Positions 52,527-64,000 of a stretch of 64,000 bases of DNA are shown piece by piece (positions within the stretch are counted from its first letter, which is position 1; each line of letters opens with the position of its first letter). The notes below the pieces were generated by a model. That model saw nothing but the letters and a program-made list of their open reading frames with translations. It was not told where the DNA came from and did not search any database. The DNA comes from Nymphaea colorata (taxonomy: Eukaryota). Where the stretch lies: the NCBI RefSeq assembly GCF_008831285.2, contig NC_045138.2:6448001-6512000 (forward strand). The letters are read 5' to 3'. Position numbers and translations under genes: made by a program.

Positions 52527-55500
52527 ATGACCAAGTGGTGACCAGAATCTATAGGGGCCTTATTGTTAAAAAAACACATACATATTTATAGTAACATCCC
52601 ACTAAGATGCATTTCATACTAATAAAAGCTTATTATCACCTAACGTTAGAATTCTCCGTTTCCTGGGGCGGATGAGATCATGTCCATCGTAACCTTCCAC
52701 TCTTGTGAATTGTGGATGGCCCTCCACATAATATCGATGCACATACTTTGATGCCATGTATTGGAGATTTAGTGGAGAAACAGCAGCTTCTGAAAGGCAA
52801 GAAGTAACTTACACGCCAAACTTGAATCATAAAAAATGCGACCATTTGTTTATTTAAGTAATGCTCAAGCAATGATTTCATCTTTAGAGGTTCTTTTCTT
52901 TAGAGATTCTTTCCCAGTTATACGAAGATATGCACCTTCTCAACTGAATAAATTTGTTTGAAATGCAAATGAGTTTGCAATAAATGAGAAAAACATTATG
53001 GTGGGTTTCTGGATGTTATACAATTGATTTGTACATAAATATATGTAATGTTTCTTTCAAATAAATTCATGTTCATTACAAAAAAATCATGATGTGAGCA
53101 AGATATATACTCAAATCTAATGCCAAGAAAGTAAATAACTAAAATCACAAAAAAGAAGCACATATCAAACAAAAGGCATAAACCAGATATGACATAACAT
53201 AAACTTCTTCGAGAAAAAAAAAAATCGAAGTGCATCGTCATCTTCCATACATTCACAGGTATGTGAAACATAAAACTTGAGGTCACCCTTAGCAAGCTCA
53301 ACAGGACACAAAGATTTGTCCTTCAACACTCAAATTTAAAGAAAAATATTTGTGAGCAAGAAAGGTACCTGAAAATAACATTCTAGGCATACTATAGTAC
53401 TATTAAGTAAGAAAGCTCAGGTCTCAATGTAGTGAGGATAAAGATGGCCATTTTAGTCCTAAATATTATTATTGCTGACATTGTCATTTATCACTTCCGA
53501 CTTGACATTCCAAAGTTCAAGTATTTGTATCTAAGTTTTCCTAACTTAGGCTTGTGCATTATTGGAAAAAATAAAGTTGGTGAAAGGAGTCCTTATATCC
53601 AAGGGCGACTGGCAGTGTCCCCCTCCCCTCAGATTTAAAAAAAAAAAATACTTATAAATTTTAGTTTAAAATATATAAAAAATTAAAAAATTATATTTTT
53701 GTCTCTGTTAGAATTTTGAAACTATAGTTTGTCTCCCGCAACAAAAAAATTTCTAGCTCCGCCTTTGCTTGGTAATATGTACAAGTAAACAAACTGTCTC
53801 TTGATATATTTAATAACTAAGATGGGAATTTTATATCTAGTATTAATGTTAACATTAGATGCCACCTAAATTTAATTCTATCAATTGTACTTTCCAGACT
53901 GTGAGCCTTAGTATTTTAACTTTTCTAATTTAAAATTGTGCTTTATTTTTAAGGGTAGGATTGGTGGAAAGATTCTTTATATTTATCATAATCTAAAAAC
54001 ATGAATATAAAATGGTCGATATAGTGCGAGAATTACTTGCAATTGATTCAAAAAAAACTCGTCTCTTGATGTACTAACAAGAATGGAAATTTTAGGTTTA
54101 ATACAAATATTCATATCGGAATATGCCATTTAAATTTAATACTAGAAAATGTACTTTCCAAAGTGCAAGCCTTAGTATTTAAAAATTTTAAGTGAAACTT
54201 GCTCTTTATTTGAGATAGTAGAGTTGAGAATGGGCCCTCAGATCTATCAATGTCTAAAAAAACTTAGATCTAAAACAATAGTCAATCTACAAGTAGGCTG
54301 GCATGGGTAGTTGGGTACAACATCCCCCACAAGCTTCTTTTATTTCATATGGATGTTCTCCACCATTTGCTCACTTATATATGCTTGAGCCCTTTAAAAA
54401 ATGATAATTTGTGAAATAGTGATTTGTTTGCATCCTCAAAAATATATTTTGGTCTTTGTAGTGCTTCAAAAAAAAAAGTATTTTCAAAATGAGAGAGAAA
54501 TAACTCACTTGTCGTACGAGGTCCAGCCATTCTCAATGCCTTTATTAGGGGTAACCGATCAAGAACTAACCTCTTACTTTGCACATTCCGATATTTGAAG
54601 TGTTATTTCGTATGCAAGTGTGCTAAATCGAAATATATTGAGACAAATTTTTCAAATGATTAGATATGATTTGGTTTTAGGAAAAAAGTGCCCTCAGGTC
54701 TGGAACTATGATTTTAAGAGTTAACAAACCCTTAACAATTAGTAACTTTAGAAACTTGAGATTGAGTTGTTGGAATAGCCAAATAGTATAAGAAACAAAT
54801 TGTTTAGAAAAGACACTTGTAAGATCATTTGAGTTCTTCAAATATTGTTATTAGAACTCAACAAGAAAATAACTTGTATTTGAAGATAGTTTTGAAAATC
54901 GAAGTTTTCAATTTGTTTAAGGAAATATTGTTAGGAACATACTTGTAAATTACTTATTTTGCAAAATATGGTTTGCACTTGTCATGCTTTGTAAGAACAA
55001 GTTTTGTTTGAAAATAAGATATCAAAATAGGTGGATGATGACCATAGTTCTTTTTCATCATATGGCTAAAGAGAGCGATTTTGGAATATTGCAAATATGA
55101 AAATAATATGTTTAAAAGCATAAAGATTTGAAATTTGAACCAAGAAATTATTATAATTTCTAAAGTGTTTTCCCTTCAATCGTAAATAAATTTCAAGATT
55201 TTGCCTTAATTCGATTAACACCTTATTAGGGCTTGACTTTGTCTTACTTAGGCTTTTTAGAGAAGTGCTTCATGATTCTCATAAGTGATTGTGTATGCAT
55301 GATTACATAATTTTATATTCCTAATAAAAATAAACGCTCCCTACTACAACATATATTTATGGAGCAACAAAAAGGAAACTCTTGATACAAATTGATAATG
55401 GTTCATCTAGCGAGTCACCCAAGGGTGTATGGAAAATATAGGTGGGCTAATGAAAGGCTAGAAAAATGATTAAGAAAAATATAAAGAATGATTTGCAATT

Positions 55501-56752
55501 TGAAAATCGAAAATGACATGCTCAATGCAAATTAACATGTATATCAATGGTGTTTGGGTGTTTCCCAGGTTGGACATGTCTCAACTTCAAAATGATGAAA
55601 ATAAAAAAATGACAAAATGATGAAAATAAAAAAATGACCTACCCCGAATCTTCAGAATGTAATACCCATCCACATAAAATCAAGCCACAAAATATAGAAT
55701 TAGATAGATAAATGAAAAGATAGAGAGCAAAAATAGGTGTAGAGAAAAATTAAAAGAGAGAAAGAGAAGAATGAAAATGCATAGAGAGAAATAAAGATAA
55801 AAGAGGGAGAAAAAAACAAGATAGATATTTGAAAGAGAAAGAATTAAATGAGAGAGAAATGAGAAGAGGAACAAAAAAGACAAATAAAGATGAGAAATTA
55901 AAAGAGGAGTAGGTTAATTTAAAGGCTTGAAAAGATGCTTGATTTCCCATGTTAAATGAGAGAAATGAGGAGGTTTTTATAGAGGAAGAAGACTCAAGGG
56001 CATTGTGCTCCTTTCTTTTAGATGAAAGGATTATTTCAAGAAAACTGAGGGCATTCAATGAATGACAAATGATGCTGAAAATCAAGGGTATTTTTAGAAT
56101 CTTGACCTAGAAATGATTGGTATTTGGAAAATGATCATAATATCTCGATACTTGAACTGAGAATGATCTGTGACTTGTATTCGAATCTGAAAATAGATCT
56201 AGCGCTCAGATTTGAGGCTGGATCTGGATCAAAAGCTTAAAATGGATCAAAAATAATATATTTGGATTTCGATCTCACATTTTGATCCAAAACTCATATT
56301 TGGTCCTGAATCTCATATTTAAATCTGGAATAAGTTATAAACCTCTCTTTGGATCTAAATTTGGATCGAGATAAGTAATTTGGAACTGAATAAGGATATG
56401 GATCTAGACTTTGGACCTTGAGTTCCGTTCGGGTCTGAATTGATATGAAGGCACAAATTGGGAACAAATGAGTCCAAAATTGATATTTGGATTAGGGTCT
56501 ATATCTAGTTTTGTTGTGGACCCAGTTTTAGAAATTGGATTTGGATATGGATCCATTTTGTATGTGGTTTGAATCTGGGGATCTATTTCGTATGTAGGGC
56601 TAATGTTTGGTTCTAGATTTGGATCTAGGGCTGCGCTTTGAATCTAGATTTGGATCTAGGGCTAGGATTTTGACCTAAATTTATATCTTAGGATTTGTTT
56701 TAGGCTTCAATATGAGTTTTTGAACCGGATCTGAGTTTGAATTATAGAATAA

Positions 56753-57194
56753 CGCTTTGTTTGGTTGGAGGGAAAGGAAGGGATGGAAAGGGAAGGAATG
56801 GGAAGGAAAGGGAAAGGGAAGGGAAGGGAAAGGAATGGAATGGAAAGAAATGGAAAGAGTTGATTAAAAAGTTTGTTTGGATAGAAAGGGAAGGAAAAAG
56901 AATGGAATGGAAAAAAAAGACTAAATTGCACATGGATTTAGAAAGGAGGGAAAGAAAAGGAGGGGTAGTGTAGGAATAAAAAACTCTTCCACTTACTTTC
57001 TTTTCCTTTCATTTTTAATCCGTTCGATTTGAGAGGAAAATGATTTACACTAAACAATCCCTCCCTTTCCTTTCCCTCTCATTCCCTCCCGTTGCAGCCA
57101 AACACCTTTTGCCTCTTTCCCTCCTTTCTAATTAGCCAACCAAACAAAGGAGGGATTGCTCAATCCCTCTCTTTTCCTCCTACCAAACATGCCC
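56753..57194. mobile_element. Tourist (PIF/Harbinger)-like MITE
   Basis: Degenerate TIRs cgctttgtttgg…ccaaacatgccc flanked by TAA on both sides; GGAA-rich left half and TTCC-rich right half. Confidence 0.7.
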
Positions 57195-58160
57195 TAAGTC
57201 TAAATTTCCTACTAAACAAGCCCTAAGTCTAAATTTTGATTGGGCTTTGTGTCTATAGTATGAAGAATAAGTATCAAATATCATTGATAGTCAAATAAAA
57301 AAAGAAATTGACTATAATTAAGAAAAATTAAAGTGTTTGAAGCCAAAAATCCTTCAAGGTTTTTATAAAGTTATCACAAAATATTTGAGAAATGCTAAAT
57401 ATAGAATCTTTAAAAATTTTGAGGTGATTACAAGCTCCTCAACCAAAAAATTTCAGGCTCTACCACTGGTGTAAAATTGAAGATGTCGTGCAAAAAGTGT
57501 TTGCAATTGATTCAAAATTGAAAGTTATATGCATAAGTAAAAAAACTCATCACTTGATGTTTTCGATAAAGAGGATGAAAATTTTTACGTTTCATACTAA
57601 ATGTTGACATCAAATGCCGACTAATTATTTGAGATAGTAGAGTTGATGGAATAACCACTCATGGCTTCATCCAATCTACCTTGCATGGCTTCATGACTTC
57701 ATCGCAACCCCAAGTCTTTCCATTTTATAATAGATCTTAATTGAAATGTAAGATGTTCGCATGGCCTATATTTGACTTGAAGTACACAAGCCAACAATTT
57801 GAGAATGAATTGGTTCGAATAAAAATGAAATTGTCCAGCTGAACAAAACTTGTTCTAACACTACAAAAAATAAGCATAGCTTAAAAATATGGGTAAAAAT
57901 GTTGCCTCGATAAAAACTTTTACTGATGGTTACTATGGATGTCAGTGAAAACTATCATTGATATTTCCGGTGCACATGTTGGTATAGATTAGTTTCACCA
58001 ACGCGTGCTGAACATAGCTGAATATATTATTGCCGATGTATGCCAGACTTAGACAATAGTGTTAGCAATGAATATATAAAGGTCGGTGACGAATCTTAAT
58101 GCATAAATAATGCAATTTCTGTAGACTGGTGTGAGTTAATCACCCACAGTAGCCCACCGT

Positions 58161-58536
58161 TAGGGATGTCAAGATATGTGATCTGATCGGATACGGAAAA
58201 AATGTCTGATTAAGCAATCGGATTGGATTCAGATTTAAGAAATGACATCCAATCGGATTTGGATTTGAGTATATCTAAACATCTAATTGGATTCATATAC
58301 AGATTCAAATCGGATTTACTTTTAAACAAATATCCTATATTTAATGTTCTTATATTTTGGTAACTGCCAAATGCAGTTCAAAATTCGGATTTGGATTTAA
58401 ATATGAATATAAAAATCAGATTTGGATGGAAAATGACTTTTCTTTATTCACATTCGAATCAGAATATATGAATATCCAAAAAGGTAAATGACATTAAGGG
58501 TACATCTGACCCCAATCAGATCTGTCAACATTCCTA
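58161..58536. mobile_element. hAT-like MITE
   Basis: Termini TAGGGATGTCAA…TCAACATTCCTA, flanked by a degenerate 8-bp TSD cccaccgt / cccatggt. Confidence 0.75.
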
Positions 58537-58544
58537 CCCATGGT

Positions 58545-59430
58545 TGACTCTGCCACTATTTAAGAATGTGTGTGGTTGGAGAAATGGCTGACAGGCTTTC
58601 TCTTCACTCCATCGAGAGAATGACATGGTCATGATATAAGAATGCACAAGAAATAAAGGGTATACTTTGATTAAATTAGAAGGACGGTTTGAGTTAGAAA
58701 CGCAAGTTACTAAAATGAGATAAAATGAGAACAAAGAACACCACCCATAACTACATCGCTTTCTGTCTCTTTATTTAGTTGGGAAGAGTAAAAAGAATTC
58801 GAGAAAACTGCACAACTATGGATGTCAGCCTCCTTTTCTGTATTAGTTTGCTTTTCTAACTTGGACCCATTTTCCACGCTTCACATCTAACCAAAAGAAA
58901 AACGTATTTACTGACGCGTGGAAAAATAATAATGTCAGTACAGATTAGTTTTACTGACATTTGTAACTGAACGTCAGTGAGGGGATGATTACTGGGTAGG
59001 CGTTGTGGGTTCTTTTCTAGAAACTTCATAATTTATTTTGATGTAATATTTTTCAGAGTCTTCTTCTTCTTCTTCTTCTTGGTGTCCAAATTAGAACAGC
59101 AAATTAAAATGAAAAAGGGGGCTGATGTCCATAGTTGTGCAGTTCCCTCAAATTCTCTTACTCTTCCCAACTGAATAAAGAGAGAGAAAGCGATGCTGTG
59201 ATGGATGGCGTTCTCTGTTCCCACGTATTTCATCTCATCTTTGTAACTTACGCTTCTAACTCGAACCGTCCACCTAATTTAATCAAAATTTATCTTTTAT
59301 TTCTTTTTTTTTTTTGAGCTTTCTTATATCATGCCTATGTTCTCTCCATGAAGTGAAACGGGAGCTTCTCATCCCTCTCTAACCACGCACATTCTTAAAA
59401 CGGGCTTCTATGCATAAAGCAATAGATCCG
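58545..59430. mobile_element. Long-TIR foldback (MULE-like) element, ~320-bp arms and ~210-bp spacer
   Basis: 58558-58870 is the imperfect reverse complement of 59080-59400 (ttaagaatgtgtgtggtt / aaccacgcacattcttaa). Confidence 0.8.
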
Positions 59431-60526
59431 GGATTTTGTTCGCATGTCCAAGAGGGTTGGGTTGGTGCAATAGCTTGGGGTGGAGACTGATGGGTGCTCA
59501 GTCCCGGGAATCAACTGGATAAACAGTTGCATGAAATTGTTGGTCCATGTGTGTTATGACCATCTGTAGAACGAAAAATAGTTTTTCATTTTCTAACTTT
59601 CTGACCAGAATTTAGAGATTGTCGAGAATTGATGAAGAGATCAATATTAGGATTTGATTTCATGCTTTTTGATAACAATATTTTTTGAAGATATTAAGTG
59701 GTAAGCAAAATTACTGTAAATTTAACAATTTTAAATATGTTCTTATTAAAACAAGCAGAAAATGAACGCACTATTCTTGGAAAGGTAAACACAATTAGAT
59801 TCAAGAAAAATGAACTTTATTGAATAAATTTGTTTGGTATGCAAATGAGTTTGCAATAAATCAGAAAAACATTATGGTGGGTTTTTAGGATGTTATACAA
59901 ATGATTTGTACATGAATATATGTAATGTTTCTCCCAAATAAATTCAAGTTAGTTACACAAAAATCATGATGTAAGCAAGACATATACTCAAATCTAATGA
60001 GAAGAAAGCAAATAACTAAAATAACAAAAGAAGCCCATATCAAACAAAATGCATAAACAAGATATCACATAAAGGTAGGTTGTCCTGAAGGTAGGTTGTC
60101 CAGTGCTCTATACTTTCTAGTAGTCACAAATATTGTTAACGAGTTTTTAGACGGTGAGGTTTTTCACATATAGTTCTTGTAGTGAAGCTGAAAATCTCAA
60201 AACAGTCCGGCAACTTGTTTAGAAAAGAAAATTTTACAAATTAGGAAAGAGTAAAGTAAATGAAAAAAAAGTAAAAGTAACATAAATGAATGAAGATGAG
60301 TAATTTAAGAAAAGTTAATTTTAAACTTTAAAGCAAAAGTAACATAAAAATAATCGGAAAATACAATAAAACGAGAAAAGAATGAAAGACTTCATTTTGC
60401 TGTCGTTTACAAAAAGCAAGGAAAAGACGTTTTTTTTTCGTTTTCATTGTTTTTAATAATTTGAGCACGTTTTTGTTGAAAAGGAAGGATTTTTTGTCAC
60501 TATATATACTTTTCACTGCCTCCGCG

Positions 60527-60687
60527 CAGTGGCAGAGCCAAAAAACATTTTTTTAGATTGGCATTGATTTACGTGTCTTCATAATAATTATATAACAAAA
60601 TAGACATTAAACTATTTTAATATTAAAAAAATTGAGAAGCTAGTGTGGGCAACTGCCCACACTAGCCTATATGTGGCTCCGCCACTG
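60527..60687. mobile_element. hAT-type MITE (CAGTGGC-GAGCC…GGCTCCGCCACTG)
   Basis: Clear TIRs; same family as 51902-52035; flanks cctccgcg / cctagcga may be a degenerate TSD. Confidence 0.75.
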
Positions 60688-61271
60688 CCTAGCGACAAGC
60701 TCTTTTTCTTTTCAGCCATTGGAGTAAATATTCTTCTCTTTCATTCATCCAACACTACTAGTTCACCCCACCCCGACTTTGGCATTGGTATTCATAAATT
60801 TTGGAGATCCAAGCGTCTTTGCATAGCCTCCTTCCTGTTAAAAAAAACCAGACTCGTTTTCACCTTTTTTATGGGGCTAAGTCGATAATTTTTTATGAAG
60901 GTGTTAAATTATAATTTCAAAATTTCAACAATGATCCAAATATAATATTTCAACATTTTTATTTATAATAAATAATTTTTTTTTAAAATTTACATGTAAT
61001 TTTTTATTTTTTATTTTTAAGGAGCCAAGACCCCTGTGCTCCTGTTTTCTTATTAGTCTCCAAGCTGGATACCATTATATGTAGATCCGATACAGAAATA
61101 GACAATATGAACCAACACAATATGGCCTTCTCAAAGAACCGGTTGTTCTGAGGCCGAATCAGCCCATACCGTTCAATAGAGACTGATATATTATTAAATA
61201 ATTAATTTGAATTGTCAAGTCTTTTCTTAGGCCGACATGGTGTGAAAAAAAATGATGTTGTATCGCGGATA

Positions 61272-61634
61272 CAGGGACGGAGCCAGGTCCAGGCAATAAA
61301 TATACATTGAAGAAAAGAAAAGAGAAGCGGGGTTTGAGACGTTTTATTTGTTTTATAAAAATTTATAATTTTTGGACTTTTAACAGTTTTCATATTTTTT
61401 TCCCTTATAAAAGGCTTTTTTTTTAATTTAATCAAAAGTATTTTGGTCATTATATACCCATGTGCACATGACCAGCTTCAGGTTGTGTGGGTTCCAGCTT
61501 TTCTCACAGTTGTTTGAAAATCAAAATTTTACTATTAATTTTTTGGAGAATTTTAATTTGGCCCTCATATATATTTTGAAAACTATATAAATGCCCCTCC
61601 CCTCTCCCTTGAAAGATTCTTGTTTCCGCCACTG
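61272..61634. mobile_element. Related MITE (CAGGGACGGAGCC…TCCGCCACTG)
   Basis: Imperfect TIRs of the same type; no TSD seen. A similar element lies at ~53600-53767. Confidence 0.5.
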
Positions 61635-63822
61635 CTACACATTTATTTTTCAAGGCTTCTGATTTAAGCCAGCCAATTTGGAATGGACCGAGTCAGCCCA
61701 CTGGCTAATCCAGAACGTCTAGATCAGGGCCTCAAAAAGTCAGGTCCAACATGATCAGGAGCCAAGGATGAAGGGTTCAAAGGAAGGGAACCAGAAGCTA
61801 CCGAGTCGCGCTGAAAGGTCAAACATGTTGGTGACTCGATGACTGACCTGGTTTAATGCTAGTATTTGGCTTCTAATTAGAGGAAACTGAACCCGGGATA
61901 TGAACACCGGCGAAGCCAGGATTTTTTAGTTGACGGCCATTTTGAATCGGTCAACGTCTGATCTGGGCATCACATGTGACTAAAACCGCGTTTAGTTTCA
62001 CTGCAATGATATTTTCGAAGGGCACCAGCCACGCTATATGCTTGCTTAGGCTTGTGGATGGGAGGGTGGCGACACTGGGAATTGAACTCTAACTACTTCA
62101 CCAAACCACATATGGAAAAAAAATCGTTACTCCCCCAATAATGTTCGAGCTGGATCAGTACCTAGATTCAGATCCAATTTAGTTAGTTGATCTAATATTC
62201 TCGTTGGATCCAGTTATAGCAGCTTTATTTGACCCAGATCCGACCCATTCAATAACTTGGCAATGAGCAAACTGAGACATGCACACGCATATACCTATTC
62301 ATTGGGCAATGTTGCTGGCCAGAGAGTGAGTAAATAGTAACTGTGCATCATCAAGCTCATTTATGAGAGCCATTTGATTCATCGTTATAAATTATTGTGT
62401 TAAAAACAAGAAAAAAATGTGGAAACTAATATTATATAACAAAAATGTCTACCCTCTTTTTCTTTTTTTTTTTGTTATTTTTTCTCAACCCGAATGGTGA
62501 CGCAAAGTTACTATTTACTCACTCTCTCTCAAAGAATCATCATTAAATGTAATTTCAAACCCAACAACCTGACTAGGATCCGATAAAGATTCTACCCGGT
62601 TACATATAAATACGGATCTTATATTAAGTAGATCTGGATTCGGTTTGTTAAAAAGTAAGCTAAAAAACTAGAAATGGAATTTGTACACATGTTACAATTC
62701 GATAATTCGATAAAACCGAATCCAAAGTCTACATCTTATGAAGTCAAAACATATCGTTTGGAACCAAAAGTCAATAAGGCCATGAAACCTACAAGGACTC
62801 GGTTTTCTAATACATAAATGAAGAAGAATTACAAAAAAACTACTAAGCTTTTGATTTATTTACAAAAATTAATCTAACATTTGAAGAATTACAAATGACG
62901 GTCTAAGATCATAAAACAATTTGCCAGATGGAAACCATTAATATATATACAAAAAACTATTTTCTATAAAAAAGAGAACACTTTGTAGCGTTTGCAATGC
63001 AGATTTTTTAGGTTTATTTCTCCATAATTTCCCACTACTTTTTTTTTATGAAGCTGGTTATGCACACTGCTAGGTGTAAACAAAAATTATGCATTAGAAG
63101 GTGTAATGACCGCAATAGCTTTTATCATTAAAATGAAGAGCCCTATGGACAAAAGGGTCATAAAAAAGTTACAAATAGTAAAAAATTGTTTCCTTTTGAA
63201 AAATTTCCAGGATACTATAACTTTTTTTTATATGATGCATATTTGCTGTGTGCACCACCTTGATTGACAAAACTGAGAGAGAGAGAACCCTAAGGGGATT
63301 CTGGCAAATGCCGGATCTAATAGGCAATCAGTTGCTCTTTCAAATTTTGGTAGCAGTAGCATTAACTTTATGTGTTGTAAAAAGAGTGAGGTTCCAATAC
63401 CCTTCCTCTAATTGAGCAACCTAAACCCTAAACTTTATCGAGCAGGCAAACTATGAACAAATGTACATCTTTGAGACTTCTTTGAAGCCCCACCTTTCTT
63501 ATGAACTTTCCTCAAGCTGTGTTTGAGGGGGAGTTACTGTGTATCGTTGGCCTCTATGGGAACCAGTCGATGATGTATGAGAGGCGGTAGTTTAACCTGC
63601 ACTACTTTATATTAGTTTCTCGAAGCTCATCTTTACTTTGATTCAAAAGGTAACCGACAGTTCCCGATTTTCTCCGGTTTTTGCAATCGTGGCTTGGCCC
63701 CCAAACCATACATGAGTAAAACTCAGGCCGAAATCCCGGGTCTATTTATTTGATTTAGTTATTTAGTTAAACAAATGGTTTGTTACTCGAGCAGAACAAC
63801 CATTTTATCGGTCAGACACTAT

Positions 63823-63925
63823 AAAATAGCCCTACACCTTGGGAGGACGAAGTGGGGGTGGAGTGAAAGGGGAAAGCTTCAGCAAAATAGCCCTACACCT
63901 TGGGAGGACGAAGTGGGGGTGGAGT
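63823..63925 (+). repeat. Perfect 42-bp direct repeat, two copies 19 bp apart
   Basis: aaaatagccctacaccttgggaggacgaagtgggggtggagt at 63823-63864 and 63884-63925. Confidence 0.9.
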
Positions 63926-64000
63926 CAGCGTTTACTCAGGCGATGAGAGTAACATCCACAAAATAGTGGGAGAGAGAGAAGTTTATAAAGTAAAATTAAC

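Larger units (their letters stand above)
51706..52941. mobile_element. Pack-MULE-like element, ~410-bp TIRs, carrying a Gypsy fragment
   Basis: 51706-52259 (excluding an internal MITE) is a close reverse complement of 52529-52941. Confidence 0.85.
50512..53195 (+). repeat. Second duplication, copy 1 (paralog of 58104-60070)
   Basis: 50512-51704 aligns with 58104-59257; 52945-53195 aligns with 59820-60070. Confidence 0.9.
58104..60070 (+). repeat. Second duplication, copy 2
   Basis: Collinear with 50512-53195 apart from the segment replaced by the 51706-52941 element. Confidence 0.9.

Noticed and set aside
54288..55670. Defined LTR retrotransposon (minus-strand PPT-like GTGGGGGA followed by TGTTGTACCC; TGTAATACCC at ~55658)
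   Set aside because: No LTR pair, PBS or recognisable coding domain, so boundaries cannot be supported.
55680..56973. ORFs of 60-110 aa rich in F/L/S or E/R/K/G
   Set aside because: They arise from GA/CT- and GGAA-rich low-complexity DNA and a MITE that happen to lack stop codons.
63823..63925. CRISPR-like repeat-spacer-repeat
   Set aside because: Only two repeats, a 19-bp spacer, no cas genes, and a clearly eukaryotic context.

Overview
AT-rich, repeat-dense plant (probably angiosperm) nuclear DNA. I found no intact protein-coding gene or RNA gene and no prokaryotic system. Bases 1-43340 are a hierarchical tandem array: two closely related copies of a ~21.8-kb unit (A 1-20960, B 21830-37570) and an older partial copy (C 37577-43340). 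The unit is built from a two-exon pseudogene, LINE fragments, a Copia element inserted in the LINE, MITEs, a degenerate ~290-bp repeat and long inverted repeats. The Copia copy at 41550-49002 has its integrase-RT region replaced by an inverted, LTR-less Ty3/Gypsy (Tat-type) gag-pol fragment. Bases 50500-60070 hold a second duplication with nested hAT MITEs and long-TIR foldback (MULE-like) elements, one of which carries a Gypsy RT/RNase H fragment. The most unusual signal is a family of ~700-bp head-to-head inverted repeats centred on microsatellites, whose arms share an indel-free core where differences fall mostly at third codon positions. All identities and boundaries were judged by eye and are approximate.
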